NCBI GenBank assembly: GCA_002633005.1
Contig: NMRA01000337.1
Span: 186,001-250,000, forward strand
Origin: Phoronis australis
Lineage: Eukaryota > Animalia > Phoronida
Direction: 5' to 3'
Length of the DNA: 64,000 bases
A program made the position numbers and the translations under genes. Shown here piece by piece: positions 49,212 through 64,000 of the stretch; position 1 is the stretch's first letter; the number at the start of each line of letters is the position of its first letter. The notes under the pieces were generated by a model. It did not search any database. It was not told the origin of the DNA and saw only the letters and a program-made list of their open reading frames with translations.

Positions 49212-52200
49212 CTACTGAAGAGCTAGTGGAGTCGACTCCGCGTTGCAGCTAAGGTCTCTAAAATGCCCTTAGAGCGAACGCGGTGGTATTGGGGTTGAAT
49301 TACTGAATAGACGTGTTGTGGAAATGTCTTTTTGAAAAACGTTTCACTCTCACCATTTGTAGAATGGAATAAAAATAGAGTAAGAGTACCAAAATAAATT
49401 TACTACTCGTGCGAATTATTTTAGTAGACGACATTATACTCCGGGTGGAAGACTTGGGATGCTAATTGTAACGCCGGATGACCAAGGATTCACCGGGATT
49501 ACGTTGCGCAGACCAAGTTTCAAGCGAAAAAGCGAGATTACCCAAATCTTCGCTGCATTGATGGTCATGCACCACAGAGAAACACGTGACCACACGAAAT
49601 ATTCTCGCAATCGTCTTGTATCAACGTAGCGCAGCCTGTGTCTTACACATAATGTAAGCGCGCATTCTTTCGACGTCCGGTGTTTCACGTGTAACAACAA
49701 TATGAGCACTAAGCTAAGAATTGCGCACTGGATAGGCCTACAACACCTGTGCAACACAAGAACCAAACTTGAGCTGACCTATTGTGTTGCTTTTCATTTC
49801 ATGTCATCCGAAATAACCAAAGAACAATTTACCCACGATAAGGGTTATGATCGAATAGCCCGCTACTATAAGAGCCCTATGAAACAAACAACACAAGGTT
49901 GTCGTCAACATCTGTGTAGTCTTTTACAGAACAAAATATATGGTTCGAAATTTCGATAACTCTGCCAACAGTAAACACATTCACATTTGTGTGGTATCAG
50001 ACATATGTCGTTCCCGTTCACACAAAGTTCCACTGTTACTTACCCGTACCGGCAACCCTCGTCTATTCCGGGCACGACATCTGCAAGTCAAGCTATAACT
50101 TGAGGTACGCGCTCATAATAAACAAATAAGTGTTTATTCTGCAACGTCGACCCAGAACGTGTTGAATAACGCTCGTCAAGGCAAGCAGTGTGAGTCAGAC
50201 TTGCAGTGAATACCTAATGTAAATACAGCGGACTCTTTTCAATCGATAGAGGGAGAATAATTTCATAAAAGTTCACACAACGGTGCTACAATACTTTGGC
50301 TCTGTTGAGGAAAGTCGATAGTTGTCAAAATAAGGAGTCAATGCCATTTCTATGATTGAGCCAACACTTGTGTTAATTATACCACTTGCCTATCTCGTTC
50401 ATAAAAAACGAAGAAGTACCCGGATCAACAACTCATATCGTCATACCGTTGCCTCGGGGAATGCTTTCACCTGACACGAAGAACGCAAATATTCTTTAAA
50501 ATACATGTTTAGTCTACCGACTCCACCATTGTAAAACCTGTATAAAAGGACTGAACTCGACGAAAAAATCCTCTATTCTCAAGGCTGCTTATAACTTCAA
50601 TCTATAAAAATGTCCCCAGAGGCTTGTTAAAGACAGCGGTGAGTTACCTATTTCCCACTTCCAACGTTTGTGTCCTATCTCGATATATCTTTACAAATCT
50701 TATTTTCTCACCCAGATAATGCTGCTTAGAAATTAAATGTATAAAAATGACCCTAGAGGCATGTTCACGATAGGTTCAACTTTACCTGTTTGCCACGGCC
50801 AAGCCGTTCTTTTCCAACGTTTGTCCTAAGTCGATATTATCCTGGCCACTTCATATGCGCAACGTGCACGTAAAATTCATAACATGTTGAATGCAGCGAC
50901 TTGACAGCTGCATGAAGCGAAACCGTGTGTTTCTAATTATATAGGAGCACCTAAGGCCATCCGTGTCGGCAATATGACGGCCAGCTCCCGCTAAGTCTGT
51001 TCCACCTATTACAGAGAAACGAAAGCAAAATAGCAACGTGTTCGCTGTTTTTTCAAATGCGCTTCCTGTGGTATTGCGGTCAAGATGACATATACTTGGT
51101 AACTGAAGCTTTTTACATTGAATGAGTTTCATCATAAACACATGTACAGTGGTATGAACTTGTTGAACAAGTAACGACTAAAATTCTCGTAACTAATGGA
51201 ATAATTTGAAGACTAATTAATGATGTCCAGGTTGTTTTGTGGTGTACCTTGCAACTTCTCGATATTTTGTTAATTAAAATAAATTTTTACGTAAGTAATG
51301 TTAAATTTGAAATGTGATAAAAAGCGAATGTGACAGGGTTGTTCTTCCAAAATTCTTGAACATTGTTTGGAATTATTCAAACGTTTCGTTGGGATTATTG
51401 GGTCATACACGGTAACGTACGTGATTCGATTTACGCCAATGTTATAGTTTGGTATAAAAGTTATTTGCAGAAGAATCGCTCAAACCTCATGAGAATGAGC
51501 CAAAACTTGATCACGGTTCCATGAGTCTGAACAAAGCATTTTCAAATATTCAAAACTTAGTTTAGATGCCAACCACAATATGTCAAATAACTATGTCGCA
51601 ATTGATGAATGAAATTTGTGAACTAATTCGAAATATTGCTTACTTTATCTACACTGTCAGTGCCTGTGACCGACACTCCAGTGACTTGCTCATCTACACT
51701 GTCAGCGCCTAAGACCGACACTCGAGGGACATGGTCATCTAATCTCTACACAAAAATCGACTCACCCCTCTTAATTCCATCTGAATAAAATCCGGTCAAG
51801 TAACCCATAATTTGGATGCGCACGTAAACATTTTATTCTTTTGAGACCACTGTAGATGGCATTGATAAATACTGTGTTTAATATTACCATTTAGACGAAA
51901 GCAGCGGCAAACCTACTTGTCGCATTCAACGTACTCGGCATGTCGGCACTAACAAGCAAAGGCGTATTTTATTTTGCTTTTGATCATTTTTTGTAAATCA
52001 GCAACATGAAACATGTTTTTCTTTCACATCATTACATCACGTCCTACTTCTAATTTACCTACCAACACAATGAATAAAAGAAATCGTTCATGCAGGATTC
52101 CAGCTGCGACTCACAGCTGGAATTTTGCCTCCAGTCGTTGATTCTCATTTTTTTCCTTTCTGTGTGTGAATGGACTGAACACAAAAACTTGGCATTTTTT

Positions 52201-53261
52201 CAATGCCCTGCCTACTCTTTATGTTTGTGGCTTTCCCGGTGCGAACTGAACAAATTTTAACGGACTGGTTTGGTGTAATTTGGTATGTACTGAAACTCTT
52301 AAGATTCTGAATGTACATTAGGTTAAACTGTTTCATAAACAAAAAAGTATTTGGGAGTCGGACTTTTGTGTAGACTATACTTCCTTACCAAATATTGAAG
52401 TGAAAGGTCATTCGTTTATGGGGTCATTTTAGAAATGGTTCAAAGTCAAACACATCTGAACCTAACCAGCTAAAAGCAGCTTAAAAACTACCCTTAATTA
52501 GTCAAAACATTTTCAAAAATTTGTCGTCATGATGCGTCCTCATTAGGAGGTCATTGTGTCAATCTTTTTGATCACGTGCTTACATGTCAGGAGTGCGTTC
52601 AGTAGATGGAAGACGCTTTAACTCGCGTATAAAGCTGATGTGGTGACGTACTTCGTTTGGAATGCATGGTAATATCTCGCGAATTTTCGTGATCTCGGTA
52701 TTCTCGCAAGAATGTTGGTCTCAGGATCTGAGAAACATATTGTTTAGTTTTGTTTCTCTGGAGACCAGCGTAATATCTAACTGAAGGACATCTACGTAAT
52801 TAAGCCACAAACAGGCATCAGAACGGCTTGCTTGGGATACTAGTGGCCTACTACCTAATTAAGGTAGAAAAACGGAAAAATAATATTGACTTTCCATGAA
52901 ACCCTTGAGACACATTAGGAAACCTGTCTTCTTAATTATCTCTGCTTCAAATCCAACCATGTCATATTACTAATGTTTAATTACATTGATGAACCGTTTA
53001 ACCACTTCTCATATATCGTTCAAACAGAGGGGCGTAATTACTATGAAATCAAATGACAAATCTTCTTCCACAGCGCCGATTGCCATAAATTACCTTCACC
53101 AACACGGTTACTATTTCCCATGGGCGATCCCGTGAGAAGGTGCTTATTGCCAAGTCATTCAAATGTCGGGGTGCTCTCTTGACGTCCATGAGTATCTTTT
53201 TCGGATTTGATTCCACACAAAAGGTATCAATTTGAGAGTAAAAGAATGAAAATATGATTTC

Positions 53262-53878
53262 ATGGAACATGACTGTGAGAGAATGTGAATATTCCGTGGG
53301 ACATGACTGGGAGAATGTGAATAATCCGTGGGACATGACTGGGAGAATGTGGATATTCCGTGGGACATGACTGGGAGAATGTGAATATTGCCTAAAACAT
53401 GACTACGGGAGAATGAAAACATTGCCTAAAACATAACTGGGAGAATGTGAATATTGCCTGGAACATGACCACGGGAGAATGAAAATATTGCCTAAAACAT
53501 AACTGGGAGAATGTGAATATTGCCTATAACATGACTGGGAGAATGTGAATATTCCGTGGGACATGACTGGAAGAATGTGAATAATCCGTGGGACATGACT
53601 GGGAGAATGAGAATATTGCCTAAAACATGACTACGGGAGAATGAAAATATTGCCTAAAACATGACTGGGAGAATGGGAATATTGCCTATAACATGACTGG
53701 GAGAATGTGAATATTCCATGGGACATGACTGGGAGAATGTGAATAATCCGTGGGACATGACTGGGAGAATGAGAATATTGCCTAGAACATGACTGGGAGA
53801 ATGTGAATATTGCCTAGAACATGACTACGGGAGAATGAGAATATTGCCTAAAATATGACTGGGAGAATGCGAATATTC
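53262..53878. repeat. 32/34-bp minisatellite, ~19 units
   Basis: Unit acatgactgggagaatgtgaatattccgtggg with variants ..attgcctaaa and gactacggga. Confidence 0.95.
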
Positions 53879-56800
53879 GCACGGCTTTTTTTCCTGTCCA
53901 CTCTCCTAATGGTGTGGATATTCTAATTTGCTAGAACAATTGCGACACAAACCCGAAAAAATAGACGAGACCCCCGGACAATTAAAAGTATGTCTATTGT
54001 GGATCTTGAACAGAAAACGACCTACCCACGGCCGGTACCTTGAGCGCGTTCCACAACGTAAGACACTAGCGGCGACAAATCTCGCTTATGGAACAGAAAC
54101 CGTGAATTTTCGCCCATGCTTATAAATTTCAGCGTCGGCAGCCAGTTGCGGCAACTTTTCCAGTCCACACCGCCAAGGTCTCAAGTTTACTAGCCTTTCA
54201 ATTGTGTGATATCGAATGGTCTGACGTGATCTCGCTTTTCTTGCAAGAAACTAGCTCTACGGGTTGTATTCGCATGCTTTTAGAATAATGAGAGCAATGT
54301 ATCATTTTATTCATTAGTAGTGTTAGTTTGTGAAGCTGAACAGTGGATAATTAAATCTCTCCTCTTAGGATCCAAACACGTGCGCCCACGATAGTAGAAC
54401 TAATCCCCGGTGAATCACGGCCAATGCAAACGTTCAATTATGGATTTCCTCGATTTTAATCGTACCACAAATTAGTTCACAATTCACCTGCTGTACATTT
54501 TGCAATTACGCCTGCTTCCAAACTCCAAACAAGTCCGGCTATGAATGACAGAGGGCAAATTACGAAATCAGTTGGTTTGTGTTCCTCGTCAGTGCACAGG
54601 TGAAAGCAAAAAGATATAAAACATATAAAACCAATAAAACCAAATAAATTGACTTAGTAATATCACAAATAAAGTAATGTGAACACTACGAGAGGGAGAA
54701 ATCGGAGAGAAATCCAAAATGGCTCGTGTTTATGATAAAAGTGAATTACTTGGAGTACCGGGCGTACAATACCGTGAAAGCTGCGAAAGAAATATGTAAC
54801 TATAAAATTTATTTGTGATATCAGATATTAGTTCGATGTATCACTGAGATGACTGAAAAATGTGAAACATTACATGATGACGTATGGAAGCAGCCTATCG
54901 TTTCAGGCCCACGGGTTGACGGATGCTGTTGAAGCCGGACAGGTAGTGTATCTATTTTGGTAGACACCAGGACGTTAAATTAAACGTGTATCTTAAATCG
55001 TTATTCTGTCTTATTTTATTTTTATTTTCAGTTATGATATTTCTTGCAGACCATTCACGCCTTGGCAACTTCAAAAATAACTAGTAGATGCAACGATCTT
55101 TGCAAGATTCGCAGTCGCAGTTTTTTCCCAGCTCCCGCATGAGACGTTGTATATCAGGTAATTTTTGCAAGTACTAATAACCGTGCAACACAATGCGTAC
55201 ACATAGTGAATACGTTGCACCTGGCGACAACTGCAAATTGGTGGTATTTACAGCCATATTTGGAACATCACGCGATTGTTGCTCTTAGAACAATATGTGA
55301 ACCAGTTTACACATGCAGCGCCACCATTGTTTGAGTTTATACTTCATGATGGAATATTCACCGCTTGCAACTTGTCTAATTCGACTTCGAAGATATTGCG
55401 ACTGCATAGGACAAAAATAAGAACCGTAGAGGGAGGAGACCTTGTGCCTAAAGGGGCTAAGCAACCGTTTTTTGTGGTAGCTTTAGTAAAAATATAAAAT
55501 ATAGAACTTCCATTATCTAGGAAAAATATTTTTAATTACTACTGCATTGGCGTTTATTTACTATACAAGCAACAATACAAAGAAAATGCCCGCATCTTGG
55601 TTCTGCATCTGCATCGAACGAAGTCTGTGTCGGTTACTCGTATTTGCTGAATCGTGAATGCAGATAACCTGAAACCCGTATTAGTACAGGAAACATAAAA
55701 AGTTGCTTTCCTCTTAAAGTGCATAAAATCACAAATTTCATATCAAAAACGCCAAAGAACAACGACATCAGTTGATCAGCTGTCAAATTAGATCGTAGAT
55801 ACATACCACGTAAAACCGGGACAATTAATCACAGCACCAGTCATCAGCTCAATTGGGTTTAGTACTAAAAGTCGTCAGATGTTGCTGCTTTCCCGTGGTT
55901 TATGGTATTATAAGGAAAGGCGAGGCGTTGCGTTTGTGGTGGTTGTGACAAATTAGTATCTGATCACGCTGTGGCTCTTCTCACTTTCCCGCGGGACATC
56001 GGAGAAGCGCGGATGTGGTACAAATTTGTAAAAGAAACTTGCGCATTGGTCAGTGGACATGACACACTGGCGTTGGGTTCCTTGATACGTCACACTGATG
56101 TCCGTGGAGCTAAGAAATTTTTAATTGAAGTCGCTTCTCCTCTATTTTCTGCAGTAATGGGGTTTTGAATTCACGGTTGTGGTATGCAGTGCTATACGGG
56201 AGGTTTAATGATGCTACATTGCAGTCACTTGTCCAAAGGTAAATGTTGGTTTTAAGCACATAAAGACTAAGTCAGAAATTTGGTCTCACGCTCCCGCGTC
56301 ACAGTTATTGAATAAAAGTGTATAGACTTGCGCTTATTAATACACCATAGCCTAATCTCTTGTCAAAACAAGGTAAATTGTGCTTTTAAGCACTGTCAGC
56401 CGGCCAGTTGAAACAGGGACAAAAATTGCAAAATATTACTCCGGTGTGACGTTTCTCACCTCTCAGAGGTACTGCGTAATTTACGCTTGTCCATCACCAG
56501 AATAATTCTACGAGCGTACAACTTCTTCAGCTCACATGACCTGCAAATTATTCTCTCATAACGATTACGCTGGTCAAGTATTAGCGTGAAAAGCGTCTCT
56601 ACGTCTGTAAATTACCATCATTACTGGCGACCATTCCCCCAGGTGCCACCGATATGTAACTTAGCTCATTCACAGAACACTTGTGGTGCATGAGTGATTT
56701 ATTATAATTATTATTTCCACCTTGGAACTCCAGTAGGAGATTTGTTGGCAAGTTGCCCATGAGGTTCACACTTGCGCATGGGCAACCACTCGTTTAAGCA

Positions 56801-57509
56801 GTCTTCAGCGTAAATGGGTCAAATATAACTAACCAACAACAAAATAAAAATAGCGAAAACAAAAATGACATTTTCAACAAATTATTAGTCGCTTGTGGAC
56901 TTTATTTTAGATTTAGCATATCGAAGAAACCATGCGAACGTTGTTTAAAGAATCAAAGTGATGAGAAAGGTGTGCATGGTGTTCATTGATGACTTTCAAC
57001 ACGAACGTTTGAGCAAAATACAGTAACTGATTTTCCACGACATTGTCAAATGGCTAAAAAGGCATACCCATGGCTTAGAGTCTGAACAAGCAATAAATGG
57101 CTAAAGAGACATGCCCATGGCTTAGAGTCTGAACAAGCAAAATAGAGGAATAAAGGCGACTAAAATCCATACCTTTTATACTTTGGAAATCCTTCATTTT
57201 TTCATGGAAACTATCTTTTCAATCGTTAGTTTGGTTGTAAGACCGACCGGTGGTTGACTGCAGTATCCATAGTGGTACAATTATGGTATATAGGGGTAAT
57301 CATTGCTATGAGAGCTCAAGCGCATGCTTGGCAAAGTTGCTTATTCAAATATTATTTTGTCAGGGTAACTAACAGGTCCAGTTTTAAATATCGGATAATG
57401 AAGCTAAGTTTGCAGTTTAATAGTGGATGACTTAACGGTTCTCTCTCAAAGCCAGAAGAGGAATTTCATCCTCAAGTCCAACAATGACATTGAAATGTAC
57501 GTTATGTAT

Positions 57510-58270
57510 AATTAAACACAAAACGTACCGAGAGTGGCGTAGATGAAATAATATCCTACGAGACATTATTCCGCGTATCGACCACGACCGACGCCAATCG
57601 AGGTACGTTTTGTATTTATCCCATACGCGTTGAATCTGTGGAGGTAAATACGGCCACGTAATATTTTTTCCGTATTCACATCCGCACCACTTCAACAGTG
57701 ACCTCTGACATGGAAAGTTCAAAAGGTACGTCAATGTCGACTCGACGTCGTTAGCCGGTTCGATCATCAAACTTTCCGAAAGTAGTTTAAAGTAATGCAG
57801 TGTAAATAACACTCAAAAGGCAATCAAGACCCAACCGTAATATCTGGAACATGATTGTTAATTATATGACAGTTCTGTCTCAGTTTTCAATTGCTAAATA
57901 TTATATCGTCTGCAACTCAGCCGCCGATTCCTCGGTAACTATAACATCAAATAGTGTTGTTACTTAACTATTTTCAGATGTTACAAGTTCAATGCACAGT
58001 TACCATTGTTTTCATCTTTGTTATCTCTTTTCAAGTAATAAATCGTAACATTTAATACTGTTTCCTTTACTTAAGAAAACTTGCCACGTAACGCGCAAAT
58101 ACATATATATAGGATGTGATCTACCACGAGAACAGTCCGAGTGAAGTATTTAAAAAATCTGCCCATAAAATGAAATACATTCGAAGCGTATGGAATAAAT
58201 ACAAAACGTACTTCGATTGGAGTAGGAGAAGTAATATCCCACTCGACATTATTCCGCGTATCGACCGTTG
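57510..58270. repeat. Fragments of a palindromic repeat element (direct and inverted copies)
   Basis: gacattattccgcgtatcgacc occurs twice; 57592-57635 is the imperfect reverse complement of 58179-58223. Confidence 0.6.
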
Positions 58271-61196
58271 AAAACCCAAAAAGTATTCACCTTTTCATGG
58301 GTAGGGATGTCAAGTGAACTGATAACTCTTGATATGTATGTGTATAAAATATGAGTGCACATACCGTCCAAGTATCGGTACTTTTTCGGCAAACATATCC
58401 ACAAAAGCATACAGTTTTTTAGGCAGCGACGAAGATAACGAGACAATTGTTTTCAAGGTTAACGGACACAGACATTTTACAAATTGTACAGGCCCTCTGA
58501 TGCATCACGCTGTCCGGGGATGTTACCTGCAACGGTCTTCACCTACCTTCAGAGTATCACTTGACGTAATTAACATCAGGTGATCTTAACTTGTGCTATA
58601 GTCTTCTCAATACAATTCCCACGCAACATTCAAATTAATTTTGGTAAGCAGTTATTAATACGTACCACCATATAACAAGGATATACTGATACTGACAACC
58701 ACAACCCTGATGATGACCAATAGGAGCTCTACCGACTAAAAACCCACACACATAAGAACAAAGGGCCCCCTGCTAGGTCAGTGAGGGCTCTCAATGCATT
58801 CATGGTTGGATTAATTCTTCGTGCCACATTAATATTTGATGTGAAATTTCAAAGACCTGTTAAGTCAAGGAAACAAAACATTCAAAACATTCGCCCCAAT
58901 TAAGTTGAGACCACCTAACGATATCAGATGAGATACACGTGAAAGTAGCCAGCTGAATTGCGATGTTTCCGGCCTCAAGGTTTCAGTTGGTAACAGAAGT
59001 CAGGACCGTAACACAAGTACGCTATTAAATGACCAGTGACAGGTTCAAGGTAGTGTTCCGTAGAGCAACTTGCTTGCGAGAAGAGCCGGATCACACAAGT
59101 CCTCGCGAGATGTAGCCATGCAAGACAATTATAAGCGAAGCAAGCAATCACACTTAGCTTTTGTCGCGAGTGTCTTACGTTTACAGAACGCGTTCCGGGA
59201 TGTTCATCATAATTCTCAAGCCTAGATCATTTCTAATTTGAGTATTATGAGGACGATTGTACAATAGTATCAACTCATGGGTTAATTGTCCATTTGAGTA
59301 TTATGAAGACGATTGTACCACGGTATCAAAAGTTGACAAAACTCATGGTCCATTTACTATCGAGCCGTGGCTCCGATTGCATGTTAGCACGTCGTTATGG
59401 CGACAAAGCACCCCATGAATACAATAAACATCAGCACGTTAGCTTCTGACGATAACCAGAAATGTTCAGGAATCAACGGTTTAGCATAAGGCAGAATGCT
59501 ACTTACAACACTCTAACATCTCTCTGTGTTATACTTGTGACAGCGGCCTGCAATCAACGTATGCACTGGCCACTCAAAACATTCGAGTGGGCAACGAATG
59601 AATATCGATGGTAATTGTCGGCTAACGACAAGTGGTTTAGTTGAACGAGTACTCGAACCAGTATGCCGACGCCAATAATAGCTTTTAAACGACAATTAAC
59701 AAACTACCGTTTTAACAGGGTTCGTAACGCCTGCAGCATAAGGACATTGGCACCGGAGTGCGAAAATTAGTAGAAATATATGGTGGCTCTAAAAGGACAC
59801 TGGTTGGTATTTATTATGAAATCTAAGTAATAATAGCAGCCGAAGTTCAGAGCTGTACATTCATCGTAGATGGACGCACTTTAAAAACAAAGAACTTGCA
59901 TCCATTCGCGGTGTAGACCAGCTAGGACCAACTATTATTTTTGAACCGACGGTGAATTAGGCGTAAATGGCCTATTGCTTTATCCTGAGCAAATATACTA
60001 GTGCGAAACGAATTATGGCATTACCGCTCTAGACGAGTAACACCTCCCCCGACAACATGTGCACCTCGGGCAATCGACCCCAGGATCAGAAAGACTTGGT
60101 ATGCATGCCGAATGTTTTCACTGCACATCAATGTGTCACGTACACGGAATCTATCAGTCGCTGTCAATGAATCATTCTTCATCAACTTCCGTTCAGTATG
60201 CGCGTTGTCAACAGTCATCACGCTCGTCAGGACCAGGCGAAACATCGTCAACTCTCACAATACTCTCGTGTCAATTTCGTGGTCAGCCTGTAGGCCTACA
60301 ATCAATATAATCTACACATGTTTTGATTGACAAGTCCTCCTCGTTGCAAGATTGCAACTTACATCCATGCTCCAAGCTACATGAATGTATGTTTAATTTG
60401 AATTGTGTAATGGACAGGCACAGGTCATCAGGGTAGTGAATGACGATTGTTTCCCACTGGATTCGAGCAAGTTATCTGAACATAGGAGTCATTTCGTGCA
60501 AATATCATCTACTCCACCGGAAATTACCGTCTTCTACGATTGCCGCCGGGAGAAGGTAATGCCGTGTATTAAATGCAAATTTAAATTTTACGCACTGTCA
60601 TACTACACTTCACATCATTCAAAATGTACATTACATTGATAATTAGTAGCGGATTTTGTGTTGACAAACAAAAAATGCACGTGACTTTCTGTAACTGACG
60701 TGTACAGTGCTTTAGTTTAGGAATGACGTCACTAAGAAATGAAATGGTAAATACCATAAGGACGAAACACCAGTTTTACAGGAACGCAGTTATATTATTG
60801 CTTGCCTGAACGTCTGGGATATTTTAGGAACTTACAGATCCCCAACAGCGCACAAATTTACTAAGGTATGGTGTCTTATGGGTGAATGAAAGCAGGCGAG
60901 TTGGGTTGCTACTGAATTATCGAGCTGGTGTTCATCATTTAGTTGCCTGCGATGACGGCGGTCACAGCAACTTACGCGTAGTTAAAATCACGGTCGGTCG
61001 CATTTGTTAGCTTTCGTGAGTCTGAATACGTAATAGCGCATGTGATCCGGGAGTAAAAAAAATCGAATTTTCGTATCGAGCTTACTTGTATATAATGATT
61101 GGGCTTATGCAAGAAACAAAATGACATTTTTTGTCCTGAACAGGGTTTATGAATAAGCGTGTGCGGCCTGGCTTAAAGTATGCATACCTGCAACTC

Positions 61197-61334
61197 AACT
61201 ACTGCATATGCTCATCTACAGGTCCGCTCACATGTATTTGAAACTACCACACATGCGCATCTCCAGTTCCGCCCACATGTATTTGAAACTACTGCACATG
61301 CGCATCTACAGGTCCGCCCACATGTATTTGAAAC
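61197..61334. repeat. 45-bp tandem repeat x3
   Basis: actactgcacatgcgcatctacaggtccgcccacatgtatttgaa. Confidence 0.9.
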
Positions 61335-64000
61335 TTCGTTTATATCCTAATTTTGGTGCATGCCCTTAAAGTTTTCACTCAAAGATATGAAGCCGTTGTA
61401 AATCAACTTCCTTGTCAGGCTGTGTGCTTCTTCTTCCAAACTAATGTCATCGCTGCCTTTGAATTGAAATTAGAAATAACGAATCTCCTGGAAATCTGGC
61501 GATCATACTTAACCTTGGCGATTGAAAGCAACCCGCCTTGAACAAATGAATGGGTGTGGTCTAAAGCAATGACAACCGATGAGTTATTTTTAAGCTTAGT
61601 GATAATCTCTTATCTGAATAACAGGCAAGATGAAACTGATTTTACGAAAGCGGCTAAGTAATCAATCATTGGTTTTTGTAAGAAGGACTGGGTTTATTGA
61701 ATGAGTTGAAAGGTATTAAGAATGGAAGAACGGAAAACACGTATATACATATACACTAAGGATACACTAAGAAATTTTGGATGTCACCAGGAACGGCCCC
61801 GACCAATATTTCCAAACAAAACGCTCACTGACAGCCTTAAAACTGCTTGCTTTGCCGGTGGCTTTTTCTGACCATGCCCCGTCCCAAATGCGCTTCTAAA
61901 TGAAGTTCACACGCATCCATCTGTATGGAAACCATCTGTGCACACACTAAATCTGATTCTGTCCAAAATTCAGACTTGCTAATAAATGTAGCTTGTTTAT
62001 TTCGTTCACTGCGCCACCTTGTGATGTCAATTATATGTGCAGTAAACGAAAGTTCTGTCAAGATGAAATGTTTGATTTTCGGCTAGTTTACACTGATAAA
62101 AGTGTTTTTCAACTTGCTCCTTGCTCAGCTTGGAACTTAGTTCAGCGCTTGTCAATTCTTTGTTGCTCGAGACCATATTTGGTCTTTTAAATAACCAGGC
62201 TTGATAAGACAAATTGTTCAGGTTTTTTTCTTACAATAACCATCGTCCTACCCAGACACGGAACAAGCTGAGACGAGAGTTACGTATAACGAAAAGTAGG
62301 CTTTAAATCAAAAGTTATTTTTTGAAAAAAGACCAGTGTTTGCAGCTTCAACTGAGCGGATATTATGCAGAGACCATAAGGTGACTGTTAAGAGACGTTT
62401 TCGTAAGGAAGAACGGAATAGGAATGGTAGGTGTATTGTAAACAGATAAGCTAGTAGGTGGGTAGGAAAGTCGGTAGGTCGGTGCCTGGGTGGGTATATA
62501 GAATGCAAGGAGGATCGGTGGTCAGATAGATGGATGGGTACGTAGGTACATACAGATAAGTTGGTAATAACAGTGAGTTGGGGAATTTTTACCAATGTAA
62601 GACATATATTGATGGTACAAAAGTCAAACACATTATATGTAGTTTATCGTAAATGTCTAGATATTTGCAGTTTCAATTTCAAACCAAAGACTTATCACAG
62701 ATATTGAATTTGCTGTACAAAATATGCAATAAATACGGTAGTGGGAGAATTTCCTGGGAAGAAATCGAGGGAGGATTGACGTTCTCTCGTGGTTATATTT
62801 TCAGTTCATGTCCGGGGGGGATCTAGGATATCACAAGTGGGGGCCCAACATTTTGTCTGTAAACATTTGCTCAAAGCACAATTGTAGATGCGCATAGCGC
62901 CGAATGGGGGGGGGGGGTCGGGAAGTTTTTCTTTTTTTCCTCTAAAAATCAAACATTTTCCTTGATTCCCGAAGCGTTATCCAAGAAAAAAAGGCAAAAC
63001 AAAATTGATAACCTCCTTCTTTTGTAATGCTTATTACATGTTTTATATTTTGTGAATCAGTTCGTAACAAATTTGTTGTATTTAAAATAGTCTTCAATTG
63101 TCCAAAAGACAAAATCCGTTTTTTGTGTTGGCAATAATGACGCGATTGCTTTGGAAATCGTCTTAAGTTAAGGTTTGACAAAAAGAGAATTGTGAGATTC
63201 TGAGTGTTTCACTAAGGCTTCAATTAAAATTGACATCTTACCATCAGCTTCTGTTTTTTCATCATCACTCAGATTCCATTTTCTTTAAAAAATGAAGTGA
63301 TTTTCTTCATTGCACAGTGGAGTAGACGACGGAAACAGAGTCGTTGTGCCCAGCGCCACTGCCGGTCGCCTGGGATATCGCGGGAGAGCTCCTATGTACA
63401 GCCATATAGCCATATTTCCGTTACGAGTGCGCCGTGTTCCCAATTTGCCCCCCCCTCCTCAAATCCGCCTATGCATGTAACAATCATCAATTCGCTTTTT
63501 GACGACCCTATTCTCGATAAAATGCCCTCACTTTTTGTACACGCACACGTACTTAAAATTTTGTTACAAAATTCAGCGTGATTTACATCCTTCTTTTGCC
63601 CATTGGCTGTGTGTGGATAAAAGTAACGTATTCGACTGAGTTGTGGCACTTGCTATATCGTTGAAATTACCGTCATTCCGTAATGTGTTTATCGGCTCTA
63701 GTAACATGTATTACAACTAAAACATCAAAAAGAATCACATGAATGTGGGGGGTAATGTATTTTCTACGCTGCTAAACAATTTTTGACAATAGAATTAATG
63801 ATAAAACACTGGAAATCAAAGAACACTCGACACAATTCCGTTGGGAAAATACCTCGTTCAATACTTGGATCGATCACACCAGAGAGACTCCTTAACAGTA
63901 GGTTACATGCTCCTTTACATTTCAGCTGGGTTTTATCATGTTCTTTGTTTTTATCATTCTCTGTTCAAATGTTTCATAATTTAACTTGCGTAGTGGAGAC

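Noticed and set aside
58706-58745. Second hammerhead (CTGATGATGACC..)
   Set aside because: No closing stem II or GAAA. Other CTGANGA sites checked (e.g. 7070, 25432, 33923) also lack a complete fold.
60001-60330. Overlapping ORFs on both strands
   Set aside because: No recognisable domain or convincing splice signals.

Overview
AT-rich animal genomic DNA, probably an invertebrate, with one 291-N assembly gap. Bases ~1.1-22.7 kb hold a minus-strand receptor (transmembrane) guanylyl cyclase gene of the Gyc32E/Gyc76C/NPR type. I reconstructed 21 phase-consistent GT-AG coding exons (3153 nt, ~1051 aa), plus a candidate 14-nt microexon. They encode a signal peptide, ANF-receptor ectodomain, TM helix, pseudokinase, coiled coil and cyclase. 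The last cyclase exon(s) were not found and probably lie left of the window. The remaining ~41 kb has no recognisable host coding exon and is rich in transposon relics: a degenerate CR1/L2-group LINE with a virus-like 2A (StopGo) peptide, inserted inside a 16-bp minisatellite; a Penelope GIY-YIG fragment with a minimal hammerhead ribozyme; an Academ-like DNA transposon; several MITEs; a tRNA-derived SINE head; and 28- and 32-bp minisatellites. Inside the gene's introns are a TTAA-flanked Kolobok-like element with a dead THAP domain, an RTE fragment, and two tandem duplications that copy an exon end together with its 5' splice site. All calls are from manual reading; no database searches were run.
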